From assembly GCF_000527095.1 (NCBI RefSeq), contig NZ_AZUN01000001.1, positions 934,772-998,771 of the forward strand: a DNA stretch of 64,000 bases. Direction: 5' to 3'. Both the position numbers and the translations under genes were made by a program. The stretch's first letter is position 1. Each line of letters begins with the position of its first letter. The stretch is from Methylomicrobium lacus LW14 (lineage in GTDB: Bacteria > Pseudomonadota > Gammaproteobacteria > Methylococcales > Methylomonadaceae). This document shows positions 1-11,799 of the stretch, piece by piece. The notes below the pieces were generated by a model. The model saw only the letters and a program-made list of their open reading frames with translations. It did no database searches and was not told the origin of the DNA.

Positions 1-100
1 TCATCTGGGGTGAAGTCGGTAAAAACCGGATTATGACCATCAAAACTGGATTTTGTTAGCCAGCCCCACAGGGAAAGCGGTTCAGTCGCTTCAACGCCTT

Positions 101-544
101 TCAATTACCGGGCTTCTTCAACATTTTCTGTACGCCGCCCACATGCATTTCCTCCTGGGCGATCATTCTCCGGGCATACTCTTCCAGCAGGACATGATGG
201 CCGCTGACCAGATCGAGCAGGGTGTTATAGGCCGACAGCGCGAGCATTTCATGATCGAGCGATTCGCGCAGGATGTCGCCGATGTCGTGCCGGTGCGTTT
301 CGAGCAATGGGCCGATGCCGAGCGAAGGATGCGCGTCCAGCAGCGTAATCAACTCGCCCGCTTCGTTCGCGTGCTGCAGTGATTCGGTGGCCTGCGCGCG
401 CATCCAGTCGACGATCGGTATGCGTCCGTAGCCGACCACCATCAAGGCATAATGCGTATAGCGGACGACACCGGCCAATTCGGTTTCCAGAATCTTGTTC
501 AGCACGATGATGACTTCGTCTTTATCGAATCCGTTGTGAGCCAT
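101..544 (-). CDS. bfr: Bacterioferritin-family (ferritin-like) protein
   Basis: Minus-strand ORF 101..643 matches bacterioferritin over the motifs DEVIIVLNKILETELAGVVRY and EEMHVGG. The start is placed at internal ATG 544, which has a GGAGG ribosome-binding site 5 nt upstream. Confidence 0.6.
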   Translation of the reverse strand: MAHNGFDKDEVIIVLNKILETELAGVVRYTHYALMVVGYGRIPIVDWMRAQATESLQHANEAGELITLLDAHPSLGIGPLLETHRHDIGDILRESLDHEMLALSAYNTLLDLVSGHHVLLEEYARRMIAQEEMHVGGVQKMLKKPGN

Positions 545-854
545 GGCAGCCTCCAGAGGCAAAAAGAAGAAAACTTTACTATATCGGGTTTGGCCGAATT
601 TTCCGACTCTGCCCGGTTTGATAGACAAGGAATTCTTTATCATGGTTCGCTATTGGCTCCTGAATCTGTTGGATGTTTTTCCATGATCTTCGTATGGCTC
701 GGAATGCTGCTGAGCCACAACAACGTCTGCGGACAGTTGCCGGCGAATATTTTAGCCGGCATGATGAATTTTTCGCTCAAAACCCCTATCGAAATAGTGG
801 AAGAAGAAAAGAAGAGCCTCAGCGCCAGGGATTTGCTCAGAAGCTGAATCTGAT

Positions 855-1850
855 TTGCCAACCCGTACACGCTGGATGCCTATGAAATCGGCCGACGACT
901 TTATCAAACTCTATAGCAATAATTTGGCGCCGATATTACGCGATCTGGAGCCTGAGCGGAAAGCGTTGCTGCTCTTGTTTTGGACAGGCATCGCGTTGCT
1001 GGCCGCGAGTGCGCCCGGATTCATGCTGCTGTTGCGTTCAGGTCAGCCGGTGTATTTACTGGCGGCCGCGCCGTTTGTGATCGTTGCGGTCTACCCGTTT
1101 TATCGTTTCAAGCAAAAGAAGCTGGCTTATGCTGACGTATTCAAGAATTGCGTGATCCGCGAGTTGGCCGCGTTGATAGACCCGCATTTCAATTATTTTC
1201 CACACCGCCATATCGACGAAGAGGATTACCGGGAGTCCGAGCTCTTCAGGCATCGAATCGACCGTTATCGCGGCGGCGATCTGGTCGAAGGGGCGCTCGG
1301 CGCGACCCATTTTTTCTTCTCCGAACTGATACACGAAGAACAGCACGAATCGACCGATGCGAAGGGGCGCAGACAGACGCGCTGGGAGATCGTCTTCAAG
1401 GGCCTCTTTTTCATCGCCGACTTCAACAAGCATTTTCACGGCAAAACTTACGTGGTGCCCGATGCGCGTGGCAGCTTCTTAGGATTGGGGCAGCTGTTCG
1501 AAAAATGGAGCTTCGGCCGCGGCGACATCGTCGAACTCGAAAACCCCGAGTTTGACGCGCTGTTTACCGTCTACGGTACCGATCAGGTCGAGGCGCGTTA
1601 TATCCTGTCATCGTCGATGATGGACAGCCTGGTCCATTTCAGGAGCAAGGCCGATACCCCGGTTCACCTTTCCTTCATCAACTCGAAAGTGTGCGTGGCG
1701 CTTCCGGTCAACAAGAATCTGTTCGAACCGAAGATTTTTTCGAGCGGCGTGCAGTCCGCCTGTTTGCGGGATTATTTCCGCTACCTCGCGTTGGTTGCGG
1801 GGATCGTTGACGACCTAAATCTGAATCTGAGGATTTGGGGGAAGGTGTAA
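855..1850 (+). CDS. Membrane protein, DUF3137-like; start codon uncertain (855 or 882)
   Basis: A 331-aa ORF with two N-terminal hydrophobic helices and a conserved soluble C-terminal domain of unknown function. Confidence 0.45.
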   Translation: MPTRTRWMPMKSADDFIKLYSNNLAPILRDLEPERKALLLLFWTGIALLAASAPGFMLLLRSGQPVYLLAAAPFVIVAVYPFYRFKQKKLAYADVFKNCVIRELAALIDPHFNYFPHRHIDEEDYRESELFRHRIDRYRGGDLVEGALGATHFFFSELIHEEQHESTDAKGRRQTRWEIVFKGLFFIADFNKHFHGKTYVVPDARGSFLGLGQLFEKWSFGRGDIVELENPEFDALFTVYGTDQVEARYILSSSMMDSLVHFRSKADTPVHLSFINSKVCVALPVNKNLFEPKIFSSGVQSACLRDYFRYLALVAGIVDDLNLNLRIWGKV

Positions 1851-1899
1851 GAATGACCGTTCCCGCGCAGTCTGCGCGAGAACGAGGCAAACGGGGCGA

Positions 1900-3081
1900 T
1901 CAAACCGCGTTTCTGATCCGCTCCAGCGCTTTTTCGAGATTCGCCATGCTGGTCGCGATCGAAATCCGGATATGGCCCGGGGTACCGAAGGCCGAACCCG
2001 GCACCAGCGCAACGCCGGCATGCTCGATCAGATATTCCGAAAATCCCAGATCGTCGTCGATGCCGTCGAGTCGCGCAAGCAGTTTCTCGATATTCGGGAA
2101 CACGTAGAAGGTGCCGTCGGTCTCGATGCAGTCGATGCCGTCGATCTTGTTGAACTCGGCAACCACGTAATCGTGGCGCTTCTTGAATTCGACGCACATG
2201 TCGTTGATGAAACTTTGATCGCCGGTCAGCGCGGCTTCGGCGGCGACCTGCGAGATCGAGGTCGGGTTCGAGGTGCTTTGCGACTGTACGGTGGTCATCG
2301 CCTCGATCAGGTCGGCAGGGCCTGCCGCGTAACCGATACGCCAGCCGGTCATCGAATAGGCCTTCGAGACGCCGTTCATCACGACGGTCCGGTCATACAG
2401 ATCAGGATGTGCGTTCAGGATGTTGGCAAACGTGCCTTGCTTCCAGAGAATATGCTCGTACATGTCATCGGTCGCGATGATGATGTTCGGGTACTCTTTC
2501 AGCACGTCGCCGAGCGCCTTCAGTTCATCGAGCGTGTAGGCGATGCCGGAGGGATTCGACGGGCTGTTGATGAAGATCAGGCGGGTCTTCGGGGTAATAG
2601 CGGCGCGCAATTGTTCCGGGGTAATCTTGAAGCGCTGCGCCTGGGTCGTTTCGATGATGACAGGCACGCCGTCCGCGAGCAGCACCATGTCCGGATAAGA
2701 CACCCAGAACGGGGCAGGGATGATCACTTCGTCGCCCGGATTCAACAGCGCCTGCGTCAGATTGAACGAGCTTTGTTTGCCGCCGCAGGATACCAGAACC
2801 TGTTTCGGCTGGTAGTCGAGACCGTTATCCTTTTTGAACTTCTCGATGATCGCCTTTTTCAAACTCGGAATGCCGTCGACCGCGGTATACTTGGTGAAGC
2901 CTTTCGCCAAGGCCTCTACGGCCGCCGCCTTGATGTGTTCCGGCGTATCGAAGTCGGGTTCGCCCGCGCCGAGTCCGACGATATCCTTGCCGGCCGCGCG
3001 CATTTGTGCGGCCCGGGCTGTAATCGCCAAGGTCGGAGAAGGTTTGACTGCCTGAACTCTATTAGATAGTTTGATGCTCAT
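1900..3081 (-). CDS. PLP-dependent class I aminotransferase (aspartate/aromatic aminotransferase-like)
   Basis: A 393-aa ORF with typical AAT motifs (GLGAGEPDFDTP, SKAYSMTGWRIGY with the PLP-binding lysine, and a C-terminal RISIA). Confidence 0.85.
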   Translation of the reverse strand: MSIKLSNRVQAVKPSPTLAITARAAQMRAAGKDIVGLGAGEPDFDTPEHIKAAAVEALAKGFTKYTAVDGIPSLKKAIIEKFKKDNGLDYQPKQVLVSCGGKQSSFNLTQALLNPGDEVIIPAPFWVSYPDMVLLADGVPVIIETTQAQRFKITPEQLRAAITPKTRLIFINSPSNPSGIAYTLDELKALGDVLKEYPNIIIATDDMYEHILWKQGTFANILNAHPDLYDRTVVMNGVSKAYSMTGWRIGYAAGPADLIEAMTTVQSQSTSNPTSISQVAAEAALTGDQSFINDMCVEFKKRHDYVVAEFNKIDGIDCIETDGTFYVFPNIEKLLARLDGIDDDLGFSEYLIEHAGVALVPGSAFGTPGHIRISIATSMANLEKALERIRNAV

Positions 3082-3169
3082 GTTCCGCCGTGTAAAATCA
3101 ATGTCAAAAATTGCCCCAAATTATACCCTTAATAATCCGTTGCAAAAAACGGTTTTCGAGAAATAGCGA

Positions 3170-5179
<2,010 letters not shown>

Positions 5180-5239
5180 AAACTGCTGAACGGATTGCGC
5201 TATGAAATTTTTCGTGCTTTTCGTGTTTTTCGTGGACCA

Positions 5240-5885
5240 TTAGACCTTAAGAACCACCATCGAAACATCGTCGACAAAGGTGTGGCTGCCGGAAAAGGTT
5301 TGCAGATCCTTCACGATCGCGTTGATGATCTCTTGCGGCGCCTTCGGGCCTTGGGTGGAGAAGAGCCGGGTCAGGCGTTCGGTGCCGAAAAACTCGCCTT
5401 CCGGGTTCTGCGCCTCGGTGATGCCGTCGGTGTAGAGCAGCACCAGGTCGCCGGGCCGCAAAACGGTGCTTTTTTCTTCGAATACGATTTCCTTGGTGAC
5501 TCCGAAGATGATGCCTTCGGCATCTAGTTCATTGCAAACCGTTTCGCCGGCCGGCAACAGCAGCGGGCGGTTATGTCCCGCATTGGCGTAGCTCAGTTGC
5601 CGTGTGGCGGGGTTGTATTTCATGTAGAACATCGTGATGAAAAGCTCGGCCTTGTTCAGGTCGTCATAGAGCAGGGCGTTCAGCACGCGCAGCATGTCGC
5701 CGGTTCCGGCCTCCTTTTCCAGCTTTCCCGACTCGGGGTGGATATGCAGGGTGCGCAAGGCTTCGCAAGGCTTCGGCTTTTAGTGTGCTGCCCTGCGCAA
5801 AAGGCTTCACCAACGCACGGTCGCCCGAAACGGCCTCGCCGGATAATATCCGTTCGGCAATGCCGTATTCTATCAGTGAACCCAT
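5240..5885 (-). pseudogene. Small PP2C/SpoIIE-family serine phosphatase (RsbX/RsbU-like), disrupted by a 10-bp tandem duplication
   Basis: Two overlapping minus-strand ORFs (5240..5758 and 5664..5960) lie in frames offset by +1. Deleting one copy of gcaaggcttc fuses them into a ~212-aa PP2C protein (AERILSGEAVSGD...GDLVLLYTDGITEA). The gene begins directly after the RsbT-like stop. Confidence 0.7.
5755..5774. repeat. Perfect tandem duplication of the 10-mer gcaaggcttc (2 copies)
   Basis: Read directly at 5755-5764 and 5765-5774. It causes the +1 frameshift in the phosphatase gene. Confidence 0.9.
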
Positions 5886-6274
5886 TTGGTTGCCTTGATA
5901 GTCGTGCCCTGGCCGACGCAGGAGGTGATCTCGAACTCGTCCATCAGCCGCTTGGCGCACGGCAGTCCCAGGCCCAACCCTTTTCCGGTCGAGTAGCCGT
6001 CCAGCATCGCGCGTTCGATATCGGCGATGCCAGGGCCACTGTCGCGGGCGCCGATCACAAGGCCTCGAAGCTCTCCTTGCTTGATTTGACTCAAGATGAT
6101 TTCTCCCTGCTGGGCATATTCGACGATATTGCGCGCCAACTCGGAGAGGGCGGTTGCGATCAAGGTCAGGTCGCTGGCAGAAAATCCCAATTCCTTTGCT
6201 AACGCGCGCGCCTGTTGGCGGACCATCACGATGTCGGAGTCGGAGCGGATCGCTATTTGGACGACGTCAGTCAC
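5873..6274 (-). CDS. RsbT-like anti-sigma regulatory factor (Ser/Thr kinase, HATPase_c)
   Basis: The product begins VTDVVQIAIRSDSDIV and carries GHKL ATPase motifs (ELARNIVEYA, DSGPGI, GKGLGLGL). GTG start at 6274 overlaps the upstream STAS gene stop by 8 nt. Confidence 0.75.
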   Translation of the reverse strand: MTDVVQIAIRSDSDIVMVRQQARALAKELGFSASDLTLIATALSELARNIVEYAQQGEIILSQIKQGELRGLVIGARDSGPGIADIERAMLDGYSTGKGLGLGLPCAKRLMDEFEITSCVGQGTTIKATKWVH

Positions 6275-6644
6275 GGCACATCCCCTCCTGCCGTTGACGG
6301 TCCAGGATCGCGAGGGCTTCTTCCAGGTCCAGCGTGGTTTGTACGCCAGACAGCCGTACGTCCAGACCCAACTGCACCATCGCAAACGCGATTTCGGGTC
6401 GAATGCCGACGATGATCGTTTCGGCGCCGCGCAAGCGGATCGCCTGGGCCATGTTGCGCAAGGTTCGCGTCGCGAAGGAATCCATCACATCAAGCAAGGT
6501 TACGTCCAGAATGACGCCACGCGAACGAAATCGTCCAACCTGTTCCACCAAGACCTCTTGAAGCTCCAGCAAATCCGTATCCGACTGTTCGGCCTGAAGG
6601 GAGGCGATCAGATAAGGTCCCTGTTTTAGAATGGGCGTTTTCAT
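6267..6644 (-). CDS. RsbS-like STAS-domain protein (anti-sigma factor antagonist)
   Basis: A 125-aa STAS fold (ILDVTLLDVMDSFATRTL). Its ATG overlaps the upstream gene stop as ATGA. Confidence 0.75.
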   Translation of the reverse strand: MKTPILKQGPYLIASLQAEQSDTDLLELQEVLVEQVGRFRSRGVILDVTLLDVMDSFATRTLRNMAQAIRLRGAETIIVGIRPEIAFAMVQLGLDVRLSGVQTTLDLEEALAILDRQRQEGMCRD

Positions 6645-7612
6645 ACATCAGCTTGATTGGAATGCATCCTTTCAGCGACAGGAACCAGCCGATAGCCGAG
6701 CAATCGTTCCGCCACCTCCAGGCCGCTTTGCAGGTCTACCGTGGTCTTGACATGGCCCAGGTCCACGCCGATAGCGACCAGCGCTTGCGCGATTTGCGGC
6801 GACAAGCCGGTCAGGATCACGGTCGCCCCCATCAACCGGGCTGCGCTGACCGTTTGCAGCAGATGGTTGGCCACTTTGGAATCGACAAGCGGAACGCCGG
6901 TAATATCCACGATCGCGATCTTGGCGCGGGTCGCGCTGATGCTTTCCAGCAACTGCTCGGTCAACTGGTGGGCGCGATACGATTCGAGCGCGCCGACGAC
7001 CGGCAATATCAATAGGCGCTCGCGGACCTGCAGCACCGGAGTCGGAAGCTCGCGCATGGCGACCTGCTGTTTGCCTATCAGCTGTTCCCGGCAGTTGATG
7101 TAGGTGTCGATCGCGAGGCCGATGTCCAGAAAAGCCACTTTCAACAACGAGATAAATGTCCTGAGCGCTTTTCCCGGTTCGCTTTTGTACGCATCGAAAA
7201 GGTGATCGGCGACGGTTCTTAAATAGAAATTGTACATCCCCAGGTAAGCTTTGACCGGCAGGCCGATGCGCTCGTGCACCGCGCCGATTTTAAGGCGGTC
7301 TTCGATATATGCCTTGTCGTAATTGCCTTGATTCAGCCTGGAAAAATAAATCTTCTGGGCGCGTTTGACGCGATCGAGGAGTTCGGGGGACTGAAAAAAT
7401 ACCCGGGTTTCCTCGAAGGCGAGCAGATGTTTGTAAAAAGCCTCGATGACCGGGTCCGCGTAGGCCTGAGCGACTGGATCGATGCTCACCAGCTCCCGGG
7501 TATCCTCATCGCCTAATTCCAGAAACGCTCTGCGCTTGTCGATTTCCTTTTCGGTTATGCCGATTTCCTCCATGAGCGACTTTTTTGAATCCTGATGCGT
7601 GGGTTCGGTCAT
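6641..7612 (-). CDS. RsbR-like stressosome sensor: N-terminal globin-coupled sensor domain + C-terminal STAS
   Basis: The N-terminus (MEEIGITEKEIDKRRAFLELGDEDTRELVSIDPVAQAYADPVIEAFYKHLL) is protoglobin/HemAT-like and the C-terminus is STAS (LLILPVVGALESYRAHQLTE...AIVDITGV). Start chosen at ATG 7612, which has a GGAGGA site upstream. Confidence 0.7.
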   Translation of the reverse strand: MTEPTHQDSKKSLMEEIGITEKEIDKRRAFLELGDEDTRELVSIDPVAQAYADPVIEAFYKHLLAFEETRVFFQSPELLDRVKRAQKIYFSRLNQGNYDKAYIEDRLKIGAVHERIGLPVKAYLGMYNFYLRTVADHLFDAYKSEPGKALRTFISLLKVAFLDIGLAIDTYINCREQLIGKQQVAMRELPTPVLQVRERLLILPVVGALESYRAHQLTEQLLESISATRAKIAIVDITGVPLVDSKVANHLLQTVSAARLMGATVILTGLSPQIAQALVAIGVDLGHVKTTVDLQSGLEVAERLLGYRLVPVAERMHSNQADV

Positions 7613-7786
7613 TTGGGTTTCCTCCGGCTCTTGATGCAAACCTTGGGCTTGCATAAGGGCAATGATGGGAAGGACGCTTATCATCCTGTAATTAAGAATG
7701 TTATGATGAGTCTGGGTTCCCTGATCCTGCTGGTCACTCTGACCGATCCGCAAAATTATCATGACCGATTGCACCGAGTTAAACCG

Positions 7787-8716
7787 ATGAGAATAGTCGT
7801 TGCGTTGGGTGGAAATGCGCTACTGCGCCGAGGCGAAGCGCTGACATCAGAAAATCAGCGCCGCAATATTCAAATTGCCGCCGCCGCGTTGGCGCCATTG
7901 GCTAGCGATCATCAGATCATCATCACGCACGGCAATGGCCCTCAGGTCGGGCTGTTGGCATTGCAAAGCGCGGCCTATAAGTCTGACGAAAGCTATCCCT
8001 TGGATATTCTCGACGCCGAAACCGAAGGCATGATCGGTTATCTGATCGAGCAGGAATTGGGTAATTATTTGCCGCCAGAACGGCTCTGTGCAACCTTGCT
8101 AACGCAAATCGAAGTGGACCCGCACGATCCGGCTTTTGATTCACCCACCAAGCCGATCGGCCCCGTTTACTCCAAAACCGTCGCGGAACAACTCGCTAAT
8201 CAACACCGCTGGCGCATCGCGAAGGATGGCGAATATTATCGGCGCGTGGTGCCGTCGCCCAGGCCGCGAAGGATCGTAGAGATCGAGGTGATTAAGTCAC
8301 TGATCATACGTAATGTGGTGGTGATTTGTGCGGGAGGCGGCGGCATTCCGGTTGTGAAAGACGTAGATGGCCACTGGCGCGGCGTTGAAGCGGTGATCGA
8401 CAAGGATCTGGCCGGGGCTCTGCTGGCGATCGAGTTAGGCGCCGACCATTTCATGATGCTGACCGATGTCGATGCGGTGTACCAGAATTGGGGAATGCCA
8501 GAAGCCCGCGCGGTTCGCTGCATATCGCCCGGAGCGATTCGGGAAATGGCCTTTGCCGAAGGCTCGATGGCTCCGAAAATGCTGGCCGCTTGCGAATTTG
8601 TCGAGAAAACCGGCCGCATTGCCGGCATCGGACAGCTCAAGGATGTGGCCGATATTCTCGCGGGAACCGCCGGCACGACGATCGCGCCGGATGCGGATAT
8701 CGGCTGGTGGGATTGA
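7787..8716 (+). CDS. arcC: Carbamate kinase
   Basis: MRIVVALGGNALL at the N-terminus, an amino-acid kinase fold, and C-terminal GTxI motifs. The long ORF starts at 7595 but the homologous start is 7787. Confidence 0.85.
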   Translation: MRIVVALGGNALLRRGEALTSENQRRNIQIAAAALAPLASDHQIIITHGNGPQVGLLALQSAAYKSDESYPLDILDAETEGMIGYLIEQELGNYLPPERLCATLLTQIEVDPHDPAFDSPTKPIGPVYSKTVAEQLANQHRWRIAKDGEYYRRVVPSPRPRRIVEIEVIKSLIIRNVVVICAGGGGIPVVKDVDGHWRGVEAVIDKDLAGALLAIELGADHFMMLTDVDAVYQNWGMPEARAVRCISPGAIREMAFAEGSMAPKMLAACEFVEKTGRIAGIGQLKDVADILAGTAGTTIAPDADIGWWD

Positions 8717-8737
8717 TCAGAGGGTTTCCTTGCGCGT

Positions 8738-10087
8738 TCAATCCGAAAGCAAATTCTGCTCTTGCAGAAATGCTTCCACCAGCCCGCTCAACAACGGCTT
8801 GCCGATTTCGGCGAATTCGTAACTCGCGCGCACGACCGGCTTGTTGATCTCTATCAGTGCGCCAAGGTCGCACGGCGTCGCGGTCACGACCACATCGGCC
8901 TCGGCCGAATTGATCGTCTCTTGCAAGGCGCGGAGTTGTGCCGGATGATAGCCGACAGCCGGCAGCACCTTGCCGATATGCGGATAGTGGCGGTAAACTT
9001 CGGCGATCTCGCCTGCCGCAAAATCGCGCGGATCGACAATCTCCGCCGCCTCGGCTTCCAATGCTGCAACATAGCCCGCGCCATAGGCCATGTCGCCATG
9101 TGTGACGGTCGGGCCGTCCTCGACCACGAGCACGCGTTTGCCGCGCACCCGCTCGGGATCGGACAGTTGCACGATGGATGCGCCGCGCACGACCTGTGCG
9201 CAGGGATTCGTTTGCCGCACGCTGTCTTCCACGCGCTGCACATCGGCTGGCGCGGCCGAATTGACCTTGCCGATCAGGACGATGTCGGCCATCCTAAGAA
9301 CCGTCTCGCCCGGATGATGCGAGGTTTCGTGGCCCGGCCGCAACGGATCGACCAATACGATGTTCAGATCGGGACGGATGAACGAAAAATCGTTGTTGCC
9401 GCCGTCCCAGACAATGATGTCGGCTTCCCGTTCGGCGCGCGCGACGATCTTGGCATAATCGATGCCTGCAAACACCACATTGCCGATCGCCAGATGCGGT
9501 TCGTATTCCTCGCGTTCCTCGACCGTGCAGCCGGCCGCATCCAGATCGGCGTTCGCAGCGAAACGCTGCACGGCCTGTTTTTCCAGATCGCCGTAAGGCA
9601 TCGGATGCCGGATCACCGCGACTTTCAGGCCGTGCGCCTTCAACAGTTTGGACAGCCAGCGCGCCGTTTGCGATTTGCCGCAGCCGGTGCGCACAGCGCA
9701 GCAGGCGATCACCGGTACGGAAGCCTGGAGCATCGTTCGCTTCGGACCCAGCAGGATGAAATCGGCGCCTTGGGCGAGTGCGATCGAAGCCGTGTGCATC
9801 ACCCGGCTATGCGGCACGTCGCTGTACGAGAAAATGGCCTGGTCGATACACTGCGTTTGGCACAAGGCGGCGAGCTCCGCTTCGTCGACGATAGGGATGC
9901 CCTCGGGATAAAGCTGTCCTGCCAGTGAGGCCGGATAGCGGCGGCCCGCGATGTCCGGAATCTGCGCGGCGGTGAAGGCGACGACTTCGCTGTCCTGATC
10001 GTCCCGATACACGACATTGAAATTATGAAAATCGCGCCCGGCGGCGCCCATGATCACGACTTTGGTGCGTTGTTTCGTAACGGACAT
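8738..10087 (-). CDS. P-loop protein resembling cyclic 2,3-diphosphoglycerate synthetase / predicted GTPase family
   Basis: A 449-aa ORF with an N-terminal Rossmann-like KVVIMGAAGRDFHNFN and a central P-loop GCGKSQ. The family assignment is from memory only. Confidence 0.35.
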   Translation of the reverse strand: MSVTKQRTKVVIMGAAGRDFHNFNVVYRDDQDSEVVAFTAAQIPDIAGRRYPASLAGQLYPEGIPIVDEAELAALCQTQCIDQAIFSYSDVPHSRVMHTASIALAQGADFILLGPKRTMLQASVPVIACCAVRTGCGKSQTARWLSKLLKAHGLKVAVIRHPMPYGDLEKQAVQRFAANADLDAAGCTVEEREEYEPHLAIGNVVFAGIDYAKIVARAEREADIIVWDGGNNDFSFIRPDLNIVLVDPLRPGHETSHHPGETVLRMADIVLIGKVNSAAPADVQRVEDSVRQTNPCAQVVRGASIVQLSDPERVRGKRVLVVEDGPTVTHGDMAYGAGYVAALEAEAAEIVDPRDFAAGEIAEVYRHYPHIGKVLPAVGYHPAQLRALQETINSAEADVVVTATPCDLGALIEINKPVVRASYEFAEIGKPLLSGLVEAFLQEQNLLSD

Positions 10088-10284
10088 AGAAAGTTCATCC
10101 TGACAGGGTGATCAGAGAATCCAGTATGGCAAAGCGTTCTTCTTATTATAATGACGGATAGTTCAGGCAAAAATTTATTTACGAGCGCTATTTTTATTGG
10201 GGATGTCCCTATTTGCACAATCCGTTGTCAGATTATTCGAAGGCTGCCAATCAGCCTAAAGTCGATAGGGTAAATGGAGTGGGT

Positions 10285-10674
10285 ATGAAAGCAGCAATCA
10301 AGCGGTTCGATCCGAGCCAAGAGTTCTATACCGCCGAAAAATGCTTCATCATCGAAGTGTCCAATGCGCCGGATGATCCAGAGGTGTCGATAGCGAGGGC
10401 GCGCGTGGCGCCCGGAGTGACGACGCACTGGCACCGCGTCAAAGAGACCGCGGAGCGCTATGTGATTCTTGAAGGCAAGGGCCTTGTCGAGGTCGGCAGT
10501 CTTGCGCCTCAGGATGTCGGGCCCGGCGATGTCGTGCTGATTCCGCCGTCATATCGCCAGCGGATCACCAACATCGGGCCGGGCGATTTAATCTTTCTCG
10601 CCATTTGTAGCCCGCGCTTCAGGAACGAAGCTTACGAAGATATCGACGAGGATCAGGATTTTTTGCGGGTGTGA
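10285..10674 (+). CDS. Cupin-domain protein
   Basis: Contains a cupin beta-barrel motif (GVTTHWHRVKETAERYVILEGKG...GDVVLIPPSYRQRI). A GGAG ribosome-binding site lies before ATG 10285. Confidence 0.6.
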   Translation: MKAAIKRFDPSQEFYTAEKCFIIEVSNAPDDPEVSIARARVAPGVTTHWHRVKETAERYVILEGKGLVEVGSLAPQDVGPGDVVLIPPSYRQRITNIGPGDLIFLAICSPRFRNEAYEDIDEDQDFLRV

Positions 10675-11201
10675 CTATAAAGGTTGTTGAAGAGCCGGAT
10701 GACAACCGAAATCAGCGTCTGGGCTGTCTTGATTGCCGGCACCCGAACCGGGTTTTCCGAAGCGAAATCATCGATCGCGGCGTTCACAAAATTGACCAGC
10801 CCCATTTGCCCGGTTTCATCGAGCGAACGCTGCCGCAGGCGATCTTGAAGTTTTTCCTTGATCTTCTCGTCCATGAATTTATCCGCAAGCAACGATTGTA
10901 GCTCAGCATCCAGCAGCATCGCTTGCTTTTCAAGAAAGTCGAAGTCCAGGTCTTTGTGCGAGGGCAGGGGGCCGAAGGCCTTCCGATAGATGCAAATCAC
11001 GTCGAAGCAAAGGTCCATGAACAGATGCGACATGTCCTGGTTTTGCTCGGCGATGATGGCCGGAAAAATGCCGAAGAGGGTTTGCGCCAAAGCGGTTTGA
11101 TCAAGCTGGAATTGCTCAATAATCTTCCGGCCGGCGTTCTCGTCGAGGCTTCTGGCATATTCAATTGCCTGATATAGCTCGCGGTCTGTAAGTTCGTGCA
11201 T
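10653..11201 (-). CDS. Hypothetical protein (182 aa)
   Basis: ORF only. It is convergent with the cupin gene, overlapping it by 22 nt. No family recognised. Confidence 0.4.
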   Translation of the reverse strand: MHELTDRELYQAIEYARSLDENAGRKIIEQFQLDQTALAQTLFGIFPAIIAEQNQDMSHLFMDLCFDVICIYRKAFGPLPSHKDLDFDFLEKQAMLLDAELQSLLADKFMDEKIKEKLQDRLRQRSLDETGQMGLVNFVNAAIDDFASENPVRVPAIKTAQTLISVVIRLFNNLYSHTRKKS

Positions 11202-11799
11202 GATTGCCTTTGTCGTATGAAATGAAAGGATAATATAACCTGAGTTCGGTTTAAGCGTTTACGACAAAAGTCAGTAAATCAGTGTTCCTCAAATTAAGCG
11301 CAGGCTTTTTTTCTTGGTACGAGTAAGCGACTAAGCACGCCACGATATTCGCCAAGTAATAACCATAAAACCAGCCAGTCTCAACATATCGTCCCAATGT
11401 GGTGTGATTTTCTTCAAACTGAGATGATACATTGATAGAGAATTGAGTAGACATTCTCTGGTCTACCCAGGATAGCCGGTTGCGCTTGAGCGCCGTTACG
11501 TCTCCACGAATCAGTAGTTCTAGTTTTCGCATGAGCGAACTGGTCCAAACTAAGATTCATTTTTTTCAACCTGGACATTAGCCTAAAGTCCAATAGTGCG
11601 ATCTGCATGCTCTGGAATATAGTGACACTCTGGAAAATGGAATAGAATCGTTGCAGAACAATGATGGATGGCCCCCCTAAAAATAACAAAACCCCTTAAT
11701 TGAGCCAAAAAACGTAACAGCGGAATTGAATTGTGTCGAGTTCTAGATGACAGTAACTGAGCCGCGGCTTGGGAATTTTCTTAACCATACGGAAGAACA

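Noticed and set aside
1972-3069. 365-aa plus-strand ORF (Arg/Asp/Gly-rich)
   Set aside because: It is antisense to the well-supported aminotransferase gene and has the low-complexity composition of high-GC antisense frames, so it is treated as spurious.
8762-9928. 388-aa plus-strand ORF
   Set aside because: It is antisense to the P-loop/cPGS-like gene and shows typical high-GC shadow ORF composition.
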